The notes below the pieces were generated by a model, which saw only the letters and a program-made list of their open reading frames with translations, searched no databases and was not told where the DNA came from. This document shows, piece by piece, positions 9,362 through 19,067 of a stretch of 64,000 nucleotides of DNA. Position 1 is the stretch's first letter. Every line of letters begins with the position of its first letter. This DNA comes from Pseudomonadota bacterium (GTDB lineage Bacteria; Myxococcota; JACRCW01; JAFGSX01): contig JBDRCO010000113.1 of the NCBI GenBank assembly GCA_043821645.1, positions 64,001 to 128,000 on the forward strand, given 5' to 3'. The position numbers and the translations under genes are program-made.

Positions 9362-10540
9362 TCAAGGGTCTGCGACAAACCTGACCTCAGCGCCCGCCAG
9401 GGAGCGACCTTCGGCCTCGGTCAGCAGCGCGCCGCTCTCGCCCGAACCCCGCAGGTAGCGATTGAAGAAGCCGATGGAGTAGTGGCGAATGACCGGGAAG
9501 GCCACCTCGGGAGAGAGGTTCTCCGGGCCGCACCCGTCGTTGAGCGTGTTGCTGACGTCCATCTCGATGGCCGCGTCGATGGCTTCGACGTCCAGGATGC
9601 ACAGGTCGCTGTAGGTGAAGTGTCCGGCGGTCGCGAGGCGCAAGAAGTATCGAGGCGCCACCAGGTGTTCCCAGACGCTGGTGGCGTGATCATCCGCAGG
9701 GAGCGTGTGGTCCAGGTCGGCGGCCTGCAACATGATGGGGATTCCCCACTGCTCCGACGGAGTCAGGATGTCCACCTGCACCAGGAGGTGAGCCGCGGGC
9801 GTGTGGGGCAAGGCCGCCTTCACACGCGGGTCCTCGCCAGCCACCCGCATGGAGGTGAGGGCGCCAAACGAGTGGCCGGTGGTGCCGATGCGATCCAGGT
9901 CCACCAGGCCAGCCAGAAAGTCATCCGCGGGGAGCCGCTCGAAGTGGTCGAGGATGAACTCGACGTCGAGGGGACGGTCGATGAAGGAGTCGACGGTGGA
10001 GCTGATCTCGACGTCACCCTCGCGCAGAAGGTCCACCAGCTGGTCGCCCTGATGATCCGGCGAGACCACGACGTAGCCATGACTGGCAAGCGGCACGGTG
10101 TAGAAGGTGGACTGCAGACGGATGCTGCCCTTGCCGTGGCTGAACACGACCAGGGGGAACGGGCGCCGGTCCGCGCGCGGCGCCGCGTCGCGAACCGCGG
10201 TGGTGTGCACCACGCCTAGCGCCTCCGCCGGGATGTCGTCCTTGAGATCGTCGGGGAGCAGGTCGTGCAGCACATAGCTCACGCCGGCCTTGTCGCGGGC
10301 AGCCTCGCGTGCGGGGTACCAGACCTCGCAGACAAGTTGCCTGTCGGTGGTGCCGTCGGGGCTGCGGCGGCTGTGGTCCACCAGCGTGAAGGTGCGAACA
10401 CCTACCGGGAATGGCCCGAAGGTCGACGGATCCGGGGCCTCGCCCGGCCCGGCCGGCTCAAAAGGGAGGGGCTCGTCCGTGGCCGCGGGCTCACAGCCAG
10501 CGACGAGCAGGGCGAGCAACAAGCACAGTGAGCGGATCAC
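9362..10540 (-). CDS. Alpha/beta hydrolase lipoprotein (PAF-acetylhydrolase/dienelactone-hydrolase-like)
   Basis: LVAGC lipobox; GPFPVG, VWYPA, PLVVFSHG, GHSFG nucleophile elbow, AGHFTYSD. Confidence 0.88.
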   Translation of the reverse strand: MIRSLCLLLALLVAGCEPAATDEPLPFEPAGPGEAPDPSTFGPFPVGVRTFTLVDHSRRSPDGTTDRQLVCEVWYPAREAARDKAGVSYVLHDLLPDDLKDDIPAEALGVVHTTAVRDAAPRADRRPFPLVVFSHGKGSIRLQSTFYTVPLASHGYVVVSPDHQGDQLVDLLREGDVEISSTVDSFIDRPLDVEFILDHFERLPADDFLAGLVDLDRIGTTGHSFGALTSMRVAGEDPRVKAALPHTPAAHLLVQVDILTPSEQWGIPIMLQAADLDHTLPADDHATSVWEHLVAPRYFLRLATAGHFTYSDLCILDVEAIDAAIEMDVSNTLNDGCGPENLSPEVAFPVIRHYSIGFFNRYLRGSGESGALLTEAEGRSLAGAEVRFVADP

Positions 10541-10755
10541 GTCGGCACCTCGATGTGCGGACCAGCATAGTCCGCCTGACTGCTCTGGGTGATCAAAAAG
10601 GCAGCTCGGAGAGGCGCCGGATGGTGCGGATCACGAGCTGGCAGACAATCCGCACGGCTGCTTGCGTCGCTCCGTTGCGCCAAGAATGCAACCAGCGGCT
10701 GCTTCCCGCGGCCGACACGTCCTGAAAACCGGCTGACACCTGTTTCGCTGCCTGC

Positions 10756-12603
10756 TCAGCGCGCCGGAACCACGAAGTACAGGTCGCGCTGCTCGAGCAG
10801 GACCACGTGGTCACCCCAGATCTGCAGCATCGCGTGGAAGACCTGGGCTGTGTCCTGGGCGGCGACGCTGCTGTTGTCGCGGGCGACCACACTGAAGCAG
10901 ACCTGCTTCCCCTGCCCGACGTCCCGGTAGGTGTCGTTGGTCCCGTCGCTAGTGTAGTCGATGATGGTGAACTCGCCCGCGCAGGATGGGCTGGCGCTCG
11001 CATCGGCCTCGACCCTGTCGATGAAGGTGGCGACCGCGTCGAGGCCATCGCTCGTGTCGTCGACTGCCTGGGCGGTGATGTCCATGCCGGGTGGCACCAG
11101 GGCCTGGAACCCGGCGAGGACCTGCGTTGCCAGTCCGGCGCCATTGTCGGGGATATCGTAGACCAGCGGGCCCGAGCCATCGACGGTATCGGTGGCGTTG
11201 GCGAGCGCGGCCAGGTCGGTGTGGGTACTGGCGCCGCCACTGTTGATACCGATGACGCGGGCGTGAATGCTGTTGAGCGCGGTCACGGTCTCGGCGTAGG
11301 TCGGTGGCGTCACGCCGGGGATGGCGCCATACGCGTAGTCCGAGGGACCATTGTGAAAGACCGCATCGGTGATCAGCACGATCACCGGCAGCGCACCGCT
11401 GCGGAAGTGTGGGTAGCCGATGAGCTGAGCATCGGAGCAGGCGCCGTCCGGGTCATCGGCGACGCCGTAGTAACCGCCGCCGTCGCCACAGCCGGTGGCC
11501 ACAGCGTGCAGCGCGGGTACGTGGGCCTCCGGAAGATCGTTTCCGCCACGGATGACCAGGGCATCCACGGCTGTCTGCACTGCGGCGGTGGAGCTCGTCA
11601 ACGGATGTGAAGGGCGAAAGGGCTTGTCCCCGTTGCTGCCGTACGGGGGGTAGGGATAGTCCTCGAACGCCCCGACGCCGCTCCAGACGTTGGCCCCGGG
11701 AAAGGCGGCATCGATGTTTGGCAGGATGTTGCTCGTCAGGTTGTCCTTGAGCTGTGCCAGCTCGCCCGCCATCGAAGTGGTGGTGTCGATGAGGAAGTAG
11801 GCATCGACGTCGGTGGTCGGGGTGACATGGAACAAGGTGCTGGATGCGGGCAGGCTCGCCGCCAGCTCGGGGACGACGAAGGCGAGCGCACCGCTGGCGA
11901 CCGGGTTGTCGTCCGGATCCAGCGGGTCCGTCCCGACACCGTACTCGACGAGATCGCTCGCGCCGTCGTCATCGGAGTCGCTGTCGTAGGGATCGGTGAG
12001 CAGCGTGGCGTGCTCCACGGCATCCGGAAGTCCGTCGTTGTCACTGTCGCGGTCGAGGAAGTCCGGTACCCCGTCGTGATCACTGTCGCGAGGGGCGGTG
12101 CCAAGGTCGGTGTCACCCGCCTCGAAAGCATCGCCCAGGCCGTCGCCATCGGAGTCGTCGTCGAGCCTGTTGGGAATCAGGTCCCCGTCCGGATCGGCGC
12201 TGCCCTCCACGGCGTCGGGGATGGTGTCGCCATCGGTGTCGACGCTGCCCGCGTCCTCGGCCGCGGCGTCCTCGCTTCGCGCATCTTCGGCCATGGCGTC
12301 AGCACCCGCCGCATCCTCGGCGATCGCCCCATCGGCTCCGTTGCTGTCGGCGGCGCCGGCTTCGGGGGACGCACCATCAGCGAGCAGGCGATCCGCGACC
12401 AGCACATCCGGGAGAGCACTATCCGCGAGGCCCACGTCCGCGGCCACGTGGTCGTCACCCGACATCGTATCCGCAGCGAGGCGATCGGAGGATCCGGCAT
12501 CGGCCACCGCACCGTCCTCGGATGGTTCGTCTGGCTTTTCTTCAGGACAACCGGAGCTGATCAGGAGCAGAGAACACAGGAGGGTTGCGTGGACCTTCTG
12601 CAT
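10756..12603 (-). CDS. TSP3-repeat plus VWA-domain lipoprotein (CglD-like adhesin)
   Basis: SSGC lipobox; DTDGDTIPD/DSDGDGLGD/DSDNDGLPD Ca-binding repeats; VWA YFLIDTTTSM, VIVLITDA. Confidence 0.8.
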   Translation of the reverse strand: MQKVHATLLCSLLLISSGCPEEKPDEPSEDGAVADAGSSDRLAADTMSGDDHVAADVGLADSALPDVLVADRLLADGASPEAGAADSNGADGAIAEDAAGADAMAEDARSEDAAAEDAGSVDTDGDTIPDAVEGSADPDGDLIPNRLDDDSDGDGLGDAFEAGDTDLGTAPRDSDHDGVPDFLDRDSDNDGLPDAVEHATLLTDPYDSDSDDDGASDLVEYGVGTDPLDPDDNPVASGALAFVVPELAASLPASSTLFHVTPTTDVDAYFLIDTTTSMAGELAQLKDNLTSNILPNIDAAFPGANVWSGVGAFEDYPYPPYGSNGDKPFRPSHPLTSSTAAVQTAVDALVIRGGNDLPEAHVPALHAVATGCGDGGGYYGVADDPDGACSDAQLIGYPHFRSGALPVIVLITDAVFHNGPSDYAYGAIPGVTPPTYAETVTALNSIHARVIGINSGGASTHTDLAALANATDTVDGSGPLVYDIPDNGAGLATQVLAGFQALVPPGMDITAQAVDDTSDGLDAVATFIDRVEADASASPSCAGEFTIIDYTSDGTNDTYRDVGQGKQVCFSVVARDNSSVAAQDTAQVFHAMLQIWGDHVVLLEQRDLYFVVPAR

Positions 12604-12903
12604 GTCGCCTGTACCCCTCAGGGTTGAATGTGACCTTGGCCAAGGCTCTGCCAGTGAGCCGCCCCCGACCGACAAGGCGCGCGCCGTGGATCGAGGATAG
12701 CAGATCGCCGGTTCGCGATCCCCACACGGGGATGGCTTCCCCACCGCGAGGTGCCAGCAACATCTCCGCTGGGCCCAGGACCTGTTCTTGTTTGCCTGAC
12801 AATCGGGTCCGCGCGGCCCGCCAGCTCAAACGGCGCGTTTTTCAGAGCTCACGGTCTCGGCCAGGGGGGAGAACTTCACTGCTCGTGCCTGACATCTTCT
12901 GCA

Positions 12904-13680
12904 TCAGGTAGAGGCCGTCCCCTTCACAGCTCCGACGCCATCTGGACGGCGCTGCTCAGCCTTCAGTCCCGCCAGGTCCTCGGGCATGCGCCCATGAAAA
13001 TATCGCTCGATGAGATAGCGCGTGAAGGCCGGCCGCAGATAGAAGCCTCGCGGTCCGGTGAGTAGGGCGTCGCCGTCGGCTGGCCGGGACCAGGTGGAAG
13101 CCCGACTGCTGCTTGCCTTTGGGCGCACCTGCAGCACCGCGCCGTCGCTGCCACGAATCCGCTCGACGTCACCAGCCAGGATTCGCGCCAAGTGAAACTC
13201 CCAATCCGCACGGAGCAGCGCATCCTCCTCTGCTCTGGGCTGCCAGAAGAAGGCCTGCCCCACAACGCGCTCCACCAACGCGAGTTCGCGATCTGACTGA
13301 ACGGGGACCCACAGCACGTGTCGCAGCTTGGTGAAGACCGTGGAGGTGTTCCACTCGAGGGCGTGCAGATTGTGCAGCGGGACCCTGCTGACGTAGGTCG
13401 ATTGCAGGGGCTTCCCTTCGTGATTCACGGGCAGCGTCTTGAGTTCAACACCCAGCTGCGTGAAGTCGGGCCGGGCCAGGCTGCTGGCCCCTGCCCCGAG
13501 CCAGAGCTCGATCAATTGCCCGACAAAGCCCTTGCCGTGCACCGAGTCGACAGGAACGGCCAGGCCAGCACGCGCGGCGAGTTCGCCAATGCGTCGACCG
13601 GCAAGACAACGCACACGATGGCCCAGGACCTCGATGTCTTCGGGGGGCGTGGAGGCAGGATGCAACGGGAAATCGGCCAT
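12904..13680 (-). CDS. mutH: DNA mismatch repair endonuclease MutH (MutH/Sau3AI family)
   Basis: KGFVGQLIELWLGA, PDFTQLGVELKTLPV, KLRHVLWVPV, LRADWE, LQVRPKA, RGFYLRPAFT. Confidence 0.88.
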   Translation of the reverse strand: MADFPLHPASTPPEDIEVLGHRVRCLAGRRIGELAARAGLAVPVDSVHGKGFVGQLIELWLGAGASSLARPDFTQLGVELKTLPVNHEGKPLQSTYVSRVPLHNLHALEWNTSTVFTKLRHVLWVPVQSDRELALVERVVGQAFFWQPRAEEDALLRADWEFHLARILAGDVERIRGSDGAVLQVRPKASSSRASTWSRPADGDALLTGPRGFYLRPAFTRYLIERYFHGRMPEDLAGLKAEQRRPDGVGAVKGTAST

Positions 13681-13723
13681 GACAGGCGGTAGCACAGGTC
13701 ATGACGCCCCTTCAAGGGAGACG

Positions 13724-14149
13724 CTAGGCGTTGCGCTGGCGAGCGACCTCGTCCCGCAGCCTCTCCTCCTGGGTCCTCAGCTCGGGCGTGAACGCGTCAC
13801 CGAAGTCCTCGGCCTCGGAGATGGGCCGCAGCTCGATCTCGGTACCTCCGTCAAAGGGTGCTTGCTTGAGCCACTCGACGGCCTCTTCCATGGTCTCGAC
13901 CTTCCACAGCCAGAAGCCGGAAACGAGCTCCGAGGTGCCGGTGAAAGGCCCATCGATGAGCGTGCGCTGCTGTCCGGAAAAACGCACTCGCTTGCCCGTT
14001 GACGAGGGGCGCAGACCCTCACCGGCCAGCATCACCCCCGCCCTGATCAGCTTCTCGTTGTACGTACCCATCTCTCCAAGCAGGCGCTGGTTCGGCATCA
14101 CCCCCGCTTCCGAATCCTGGCTTGCCTTGACAATGACCATGACGCGCAT
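13724..14149 (-). CDS. YciI/DGPF-domain protein
   Basis: MRVMVIVKA, LAGEGLRPSS, IDGPFTGTSELVSGFW, IELRP. Confidence 0.9.
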   Translation of the reverse strand: MRVMVIVKASQDSEAGVMPNQRLLGEMGTYNEKLIRAGVMLAGEGLRPSSTGKRVRFSGQQRTLIDGPFTGTSELVSGFWLWKVETMEEAVEWLKQAPFDGGTEIELRPISEAEDFGDAFTPELRTQEERLRDEVARQRNA

Positions 14150-14344
14150 CGCGACACCTCTCACTGTGCGGCGTCCTTGCCGTTGGAGGTATGTAGCCAG
14201 CGGGCCGAGGATGGCAGATCCGGAGTCCTGATCGAGAACGGGTCCGCGCAAGGCCTGTCAGCTTGAACAAGAGAAAGCCGGACTTCAAGGACCGCGACTG
14301 TTCCTGTGATAGGTTCCTGGGGTCCATGCAGGAGCCCGTAAATC

Positions 14345-14542
14345 ATGAAATGCGCGCTGTGCCAGGAGCCCATCGAGGACTACTGTGTCGAGCTGCACCA
14401 GCTCAAACTCAACGAACACAAGGCCGCGGACATCTGCGACGCGTGCGCGCGAAAGTTCATCACCTGGCATGGTGAAAAGCTGGCAAAGCTGTTCCCGACC
14501 AAGGCGATGAAGCGCATGTACGGCAAGAAGAAGGGATCCTGA
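14345..14542 (+). CDS. Small putative zinc-binding protein
   Basis: CALC...CDAC pair, GGAG RBS, basic tail. Confidence 0.7.
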   Translation: MKCALCQEPIEDYCVELHQLKLNEHKAADICDACARKFITWHGEKLAKLFPTKAMKRMYGKKKGS

Positions 14543-14557
14543 GCCGTCCGCGCGGCC

Positions 14558-14866
14558 CTAGCCCCAGCCCTGCAGCCACTTGTTGTGCGCCACCAGTTCT
14601 TTTAGGGTCGTCACGTCGGGATTCGTCACGTAGTAGCTGTACTCCGCTTCCTGCACAACAGTCTCCCACGGGGTGTGCTCGTCGACGTCGTCCGGGTTTA
14701 GCTGGGCATAGAGTTGCCTGAACCTGTGGGCGCTGAAGGGCTCCTTGCCGGTACCAAGGGCCGCGGCCCTGGCCTTGCTCAACCTCTCTCCGCGCTGGCG
14801 ATCGTGCTCGGCCTTTCGCGCAGCGAAGATCAGGTTCCAGTCTTTTTTTTCGGCCATCTGTGTCAC
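14558..14866 (-). CDS. Hypothetical protein
   Basis: Protein-like composition (KEPFSAHRF, EYSYYVTNP); start may be the internal ATG of MAEKK. Confidence 0.6.
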   Translation of the reverse strand: MTQMAEKKDWNLIFAARKAEHDRQRGERLSKARAAALGTGKEPFSAHRFRQLYAQLNPDDVDEHTPWETVVQEAEYSYYVTNPDVTTLKELVAHNKWLQGWG

Positions 14867-14998
14867 CCCGCAAGGCGGCGAAGAGGAGCACTGGCGGGAG
14901 CCGGCTGCTCACTCGGCGTTCTGCTCGATGGCCGCTTGTCCGCGCCAGGTTCACCGTTCCATCTGCCCTGTCTGCTAGAATGACACAACGGAGGCGAC

Positions 14999-15367
14999 AT
15001 GAAATCCTGCGTAATGCTTCATCCGGGCCGTGGTCGACACATGCTGTCCGCAACGGTGCTTCTGGCACTTCTTCCGGCGTCGTCTTGCTACCTCGGTACC
15101 GACGAGATCAGCACCTCCACCGTCGTGTGCACGGACGACCAGTTCTGTGCCGATGAGACGAACGGCGAGTACGACCATTGTGGTATGGAAGTCACTCTCG
15201 TCTGCTGCGAGAAGGGCTCGATGAAGTGTGGCTGCAAGGACGACGGCACCTGCAACGGCGAGCTGGTCTGCTTCGATGTTCCGCCTGACCTGAACCCCGA
15301 AGACAAAGAATCGGATTACTGCTACCCGGACTGGACCGGGTCGATGTCGGGGTGGCAACCCCATTGA
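14999..15367 (+). CDS. Small Cys-rich putative lipoprotein
   Basis: GGAGG RBS, hydrophobic segment then SSC, many Cys in an acidic mature part. Confidence 0.65.
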   Translation: MKSCVMLHPGRGRHMLSATVLLALLPASSCYLGTDEISTSTVVCTDDQFCADETNGEYDHCGMEVTLVCCEKGSMKCGCKDDGTCNGELVCFDVPPDLNPEDKESDYCYPDWTGSMSGWQPH

Positions 15368-15573
15368 CCGTGACCGCAGACGGCGGTCGACGGGGGGGGC
15401 TCCTTGACCTGTGCGCGGGTATGAAGGTCGGCAGCGAGCGCCGCGAAGATCTAGACCTGCCGCATCAACGTGGCGGACTTCATGGCGCGACGACTGACCG
15501 CCGATGCGCTTGGGCACAGTGGAGAGCGCGGATGCCTGTCCTCTACACCATGGGATGATGGTGGGACGGTCGG

Positions 15574-16116
15574 TTACGGAATCCAGCCCGGCAACGCAGC
15601 CGCCTGCTTCACCCACCTCGCCAGCTGCGCCTCGTCGAGCTGGTCGCCCTCGCGGACGTCGAGGTAGCGCACTTGTTCCTGCTTGGATTCGCCAGGGGGG
15701 ACAGGACGCAGCGACGTGCCGCGAAAGAACGTCACCTTGAGGTACCTGGAAAAGCAATGGAAGCCGAGGAACCAGCCCTGGCCCTCGATTCCGTAAAAAG
15801 GCGTGTTCCATTTGACCGCCTTGCACACGCCGGGGACGGTGCGCACGATGAGCGCATCGAGGCGCCGCCCGACGTCGCTTTTCCAGCCTGGCATGGCCGC
15901 GATGTAAGCCTGCACGGGAGCGTCGCCATCGCCCTTTGCGATCTGGGGGTTGCCGCCCGCCAGGAGCTTCACCGGCCTGTCCTGTGCTGATGCATTCGTG
16001 TCCGCCCTCGAGGTCGTCCCAGGACCCGTACCTTTGGTTGCGGCGGGCTTCCCCTTGACGGCGCGGGAGGTCCGCTTGGCGGCCTTGGACCTGGCCTCGC
16101 TGGGTATGCGGCGCAT
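15574..16116 (-). CDS. DUF1801 (YdhG-like) protein
   Basis: GGNPQIAKGDGDAPVQAYI, KAVKWNTPFYG, VTFFRGTSL. Confidence 0.88.
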   Translation of the reverse strand: MRRIPSEARSKAAKRTSRAVKGKPAATKGTGPGTTSRADTNASAQDRPVKLLAGGNPQIAKGDGDAPVQAYIAAMPGWKSDVGRRLDALIVRTVPGVCKAVKWNTPFYGIEGQGWFLGFHCFSRYLKVTFFRGTSLRPVPPGESKQEQVRYLDVREGDQLDEAQLARWVKQAAALPGWIP

Positions 16117-16137
16117 CAGGGTCTCCTGCCAGGCTGG

Positions 16138-16566
16138 TCACCCATTCTTCTTCTTCTTGCCTTCGAGATTGAGCGCCACGGCCTCGCGGATCAGCTTCTT
16201 CAGGGCGGCCTCGTTGATCGGGTCGCCCTCGCGGATGTCGATGGCGCGCCTGACTTTTCCTTCGAGACTCGAGTTGAACAGTCCAGCGGGATCCGTCAGC
16301 GAAGCCCCTTTGGCGAAGGTCATCTTGACGACGCTGTTGTAAGTTTCTCCTGTGCAGACCATGCCGTCATGGGACCAGGTGGGCGTCCCCCTCCACTTCC
16401 ACTCCTCGACGATCTCCGGGTCTACCTGCTTGACGAGCTGGCGTACCCTGGCGAGCGTCTCCCCGCGCCAGTCCCCCAGCTCCTTGATTCTCTCATCGAT
16501 CCGTGTGGCGGCAGAGTCCTCGTGAGGGATGTTCTTGTTCATGGTCTCGCCCCGTTGCTGCAGCAT
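16138..16566 (-). CDS. DUF1801 (YdhG-like) protein
   Basis: LGDWRGETLARVR, EEWKWRGTPTWSHDG, KMTFAKGASLTDPAGLFNSSLEG; start may be 16542. Confidence 0.9.
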   Translation of the reverse strand: MLQQRGETMNKNIPHEDSAATRIDERIKELGDWRGETLARVRQLVKQVDPEIVEEWKWRGTPTWSHDGMVCTGETYNSVVKMTFAKGASLTDPAGLFNSSLEGKVRRAIDIREGDPINEAALKKLIREAVALNLEGKKKKNG

Positions 16567-17046
16567 GGACCTCTCATCGTCGTGTCCCCTGTGTTACCCG
16601 CAAAAGTTGTCGTTCTCCACGATGGCTCTCTCAATTCGCGTCGTCGGCATGTTCATCCATCGTTGAGCCGCCAGGACGATGGGCTTCTTGCCCTTCCAAT
16701 CGACGGGGTCACCAGCAGCCGCTATGTAGCGCGCGCCCTCGTTGCCGACCGGGTTGACAGAATCGTCGCCTGGCACGTCCTGGGGTCGCCAGCGAATCGC
16801 AGTCGGTCCGAGGCACAACCGCTTGCGTCGGATGATGCGGGCGCACAGTCCACCCTGAAGCCCAGGCCGATCGATTCTCGTGCTGGGTGTATCGAAAAAG
16901 AAGCCCCCGACGCAGCAAGCGCGGGCGACAGCCGAACTTTCGTCGAGATCCAGCCCCAAGCGGCAGCCGAATTTTTGACTTCGATCCTCGAGCTGCTATC
17001 TCAGGCTCGTCGCCAGCTGGCTACACCTGGCGCCGGGGAGCTCCAC

Positions 17047-17478
17047 ATGTCGCAGTCCACCGTGTTCTGGAGTCGCTACCATCAATGGGTCGCCAGCCTG
17101 GCCGCGGTGGCCCTGCTGGTCTCACTGGGAAGCGATTGGCTGCGCGGCGATGGCGGCGCCGGCTTCACCGCCGTGCAGACCGCGCAACTTTTCATGGGAC
17201 CGTTCTCGTGGCTGCTGCTGCCCCTGCTGGTCGTGGGCTTGCTGTGGCTGTTGCTGCCCCTGCACGCCATGCGGCGCCTCACCAGCTGGTCCTCCATCTG
17301 CGCCCTGCCAGCCTGGTTGGGCATCGCGGCCACGATGGGAGTGGGCGTGCAGCACCTGACCCCGGCCTGGGGTTTTGCGCTGGCGGGCCTGGCCGCCGGT
17401 GTGCTCACGGCCGCCGCCGCCACCGAATTGTGGGCAGGCGGAGTGATCCCGAACCGTCCCGCCGAGGACGCGCGTTAG
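17047..17478 (+). CDS. Small membrane protein (about 4 TM)
   Basis: GGGGAG RBS before MSQST; four hydrophobic segments. Confidence 0.6.
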   Translation: MSQSTVFWSRYHQWVASLAAVALLVSLGSDWLRGDGGAGFTAVQTAQLFMGPFSWLLLPLLVVGLLWLLLPLHAMRRLTSWSSICALPAWLGIAATMGVGVQHLTPAWGFALAGLAAGVLTAAAATELWAGGVIPNRPAEDAR

Positions 17479-17569
17479 CCAGCTGTGGCTGTGAGGGCGC
17501 TCGCCCCCCTGCCCCGCCCTTAACGAACCCGGCAGCGCGAGGCGTGGCACTTTGTTCGTGCAGCGTCCG

Positions 17570-18883
17570 TCACTTCAAGATCCGCTCGGCCTCGCGCCTG
17601 GCCTTTCGCAGGTCGCCCAGGCTGTCGCCCTGGCGCAACCGATCCGCGCTCTCCCACAGCCCCCGGCGCTGCTTCATCAGGAGCTGTCGCTGCACGGCGG
17701 CATCGACCTGATCCTCGGGGATTCGCCCGTCGCGCACCGCGTTCACCACCGCGGCGTGCAGTGCGGGCACCACGTTCGGGTTCGACACCATCAGCAGGTC
17801 GGTGCCCGCCAGCACCGCCAGGATCGCGGCTTCGGCCGGGTCGAACTTCTCCACCACCGCCCCCATCAGCAGGTCGTCCGAGCAGACCAGACCCGTGAAG
17901 CCGAGCTGCCCGCGCAGCAGTCCCTGCACCACGACCGGCGACAGGGCCACCGGGCGATCCGCGTCGAGGGCCGAGATCTCGACGTGGCTGACCATGATCG
18001 CGTCCACCCCGGCAGCAATGGCAGCGCGAAACGGCGGCAGCAGCTGCGCCTCGATGGCGTCGTTGTCGAGGGACAGCGTGGGCATGGCCCGGTGCGGATC
18101 GACCTCCGAGCCGGCGTTGCCCGGGAAGTGCTTTGCCGTGGCCAGCACCCCGGCGCGCTGGGTACCAGCGATGAAGGCCGCAGCCTTGGGGGCGGCTGCT
18201 GTGGCCGAGGTCGCGAAGCCGCGATCACCAATCACGTCGGTCTCGCCGGCCGAGGCCTCGACCACCGGCGCCAGGTTCATGTTGACGCCAACGGCCAGCA
18301 GCTGACGGGCCACCGCGTGGGCTAGCGCATCGAGCTGGTCGTTGGGGAGCGCGCCCAGGATCCGCGGCGCGGGCAGGCGCGTGAATCCCCGCTGTAGCCT
18401 CTGCACCCGGCCGCCTTCCTGGTCGACAGCAATCAGGTAGGGCACGCCGGCGCCTGTGGTGCGGGCGATCTCCTGCAACGAGGCGTCGAGGGCCGCGACC
18501 TTGGCCGGGCCGCCGCGAAGGTTGTAGGAGAACAGGATGATGCCGCCCACCGGCACCTGGCGGAGCACTTCGGCCGAGCTCGGCCGCGGCACATCACGGC
18601 CGACCACGCTGATCAGGAAGAGCTGGCCAACCTTCTGCTCGAGACTCATCGCGGCCAGCAGCGCGGCTGTGGGCTTGTCCGCTGCCAGCGCATCGGGTGC
18701 AGGCACTGCGGGCGCGGACACCGCAAAACCAGACATCGCAGGTGCGGACGTCGCGGCGTCGGACGGCGCGGGCTCGGACGGCGCGGGGACGGCGGGCGCA
18801 GGCATGCTGGCGGGCTGGGTGCTGGCGGCGCCAATCAGCACCGGCCAGCACAGGAGCGGCACCATTCGTGTCAACGTTCTCAC
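17570..18883 (-). CDS. GH3 beta-N-acetylhexosaminidase (NagZ-like), exported
   Basis: MSLEQKVGQLF, IAVDQEGGRVQR, NMNLAPV, KHFPG..DPH, IMVSH, SDDLLMGA; signal peptide and Pro/Ala linker. Confidence 0.9.
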   Translation of the reverse strand: MRTLTRMVPLLCWPVLIGAASTQPASMPAPAVPAPSEPAPSDAATSAPAMSGFAVSAPAVPAPDALAADKPTAALLAAMSLEQKVGQLFLISVVGRDVPRPSSAEVLRQVPVGGIILFSYNLRGGPAKVAALDASLQEIARTTGAGVPYLIAVDQEGGRVQRLQRGFTRLPAPRILGALPNDQLDALAHAVARQLLAVGVNMNLAPVVEASAGETDVIGDRGFATSATAAAPKAAAFIAGTQRAGVLATAKHFPGNAGSEVDPHRAMPTLSLDNDAIEAQLLPPFRAAIAAGVDAIMVSHVEISALDADRPVALSPVVVQGLLRGQLGFTGLVCSDDLLMGAVVEKFDPAEAAILAVLAGTDLLMVSNPNVVPALHAAVVNAVRDGRIPEDQVDAAVQRQLLMKQRRGLWESADRLRQGDSLGDLRKARREAERILK

Positions 18884-19067
18884 GGCGCCAGGCTAGCAAC
18901 CGCAGCGATGACCTGTCCATGTCCCCGGTGACAGCGATGCTCCGTCCGCGGGGCCCCGGGAAAAGGTGGCTAAGAGCGCGCACCTTACCCTCCCGGCCGT
19001 CCCGCCAGAAAAGAGCCTCGGCGGGACAAGCACGCTCCACCCGCTTCAGAAGACGGCGCTCCGGTTT

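Noticed and set aside
16594-16959. 121-aa minus-strand ORF in an intergenic gap
   Set aside because: No RBS or family motif recognised; it could be a gene remnant but I cannot support it
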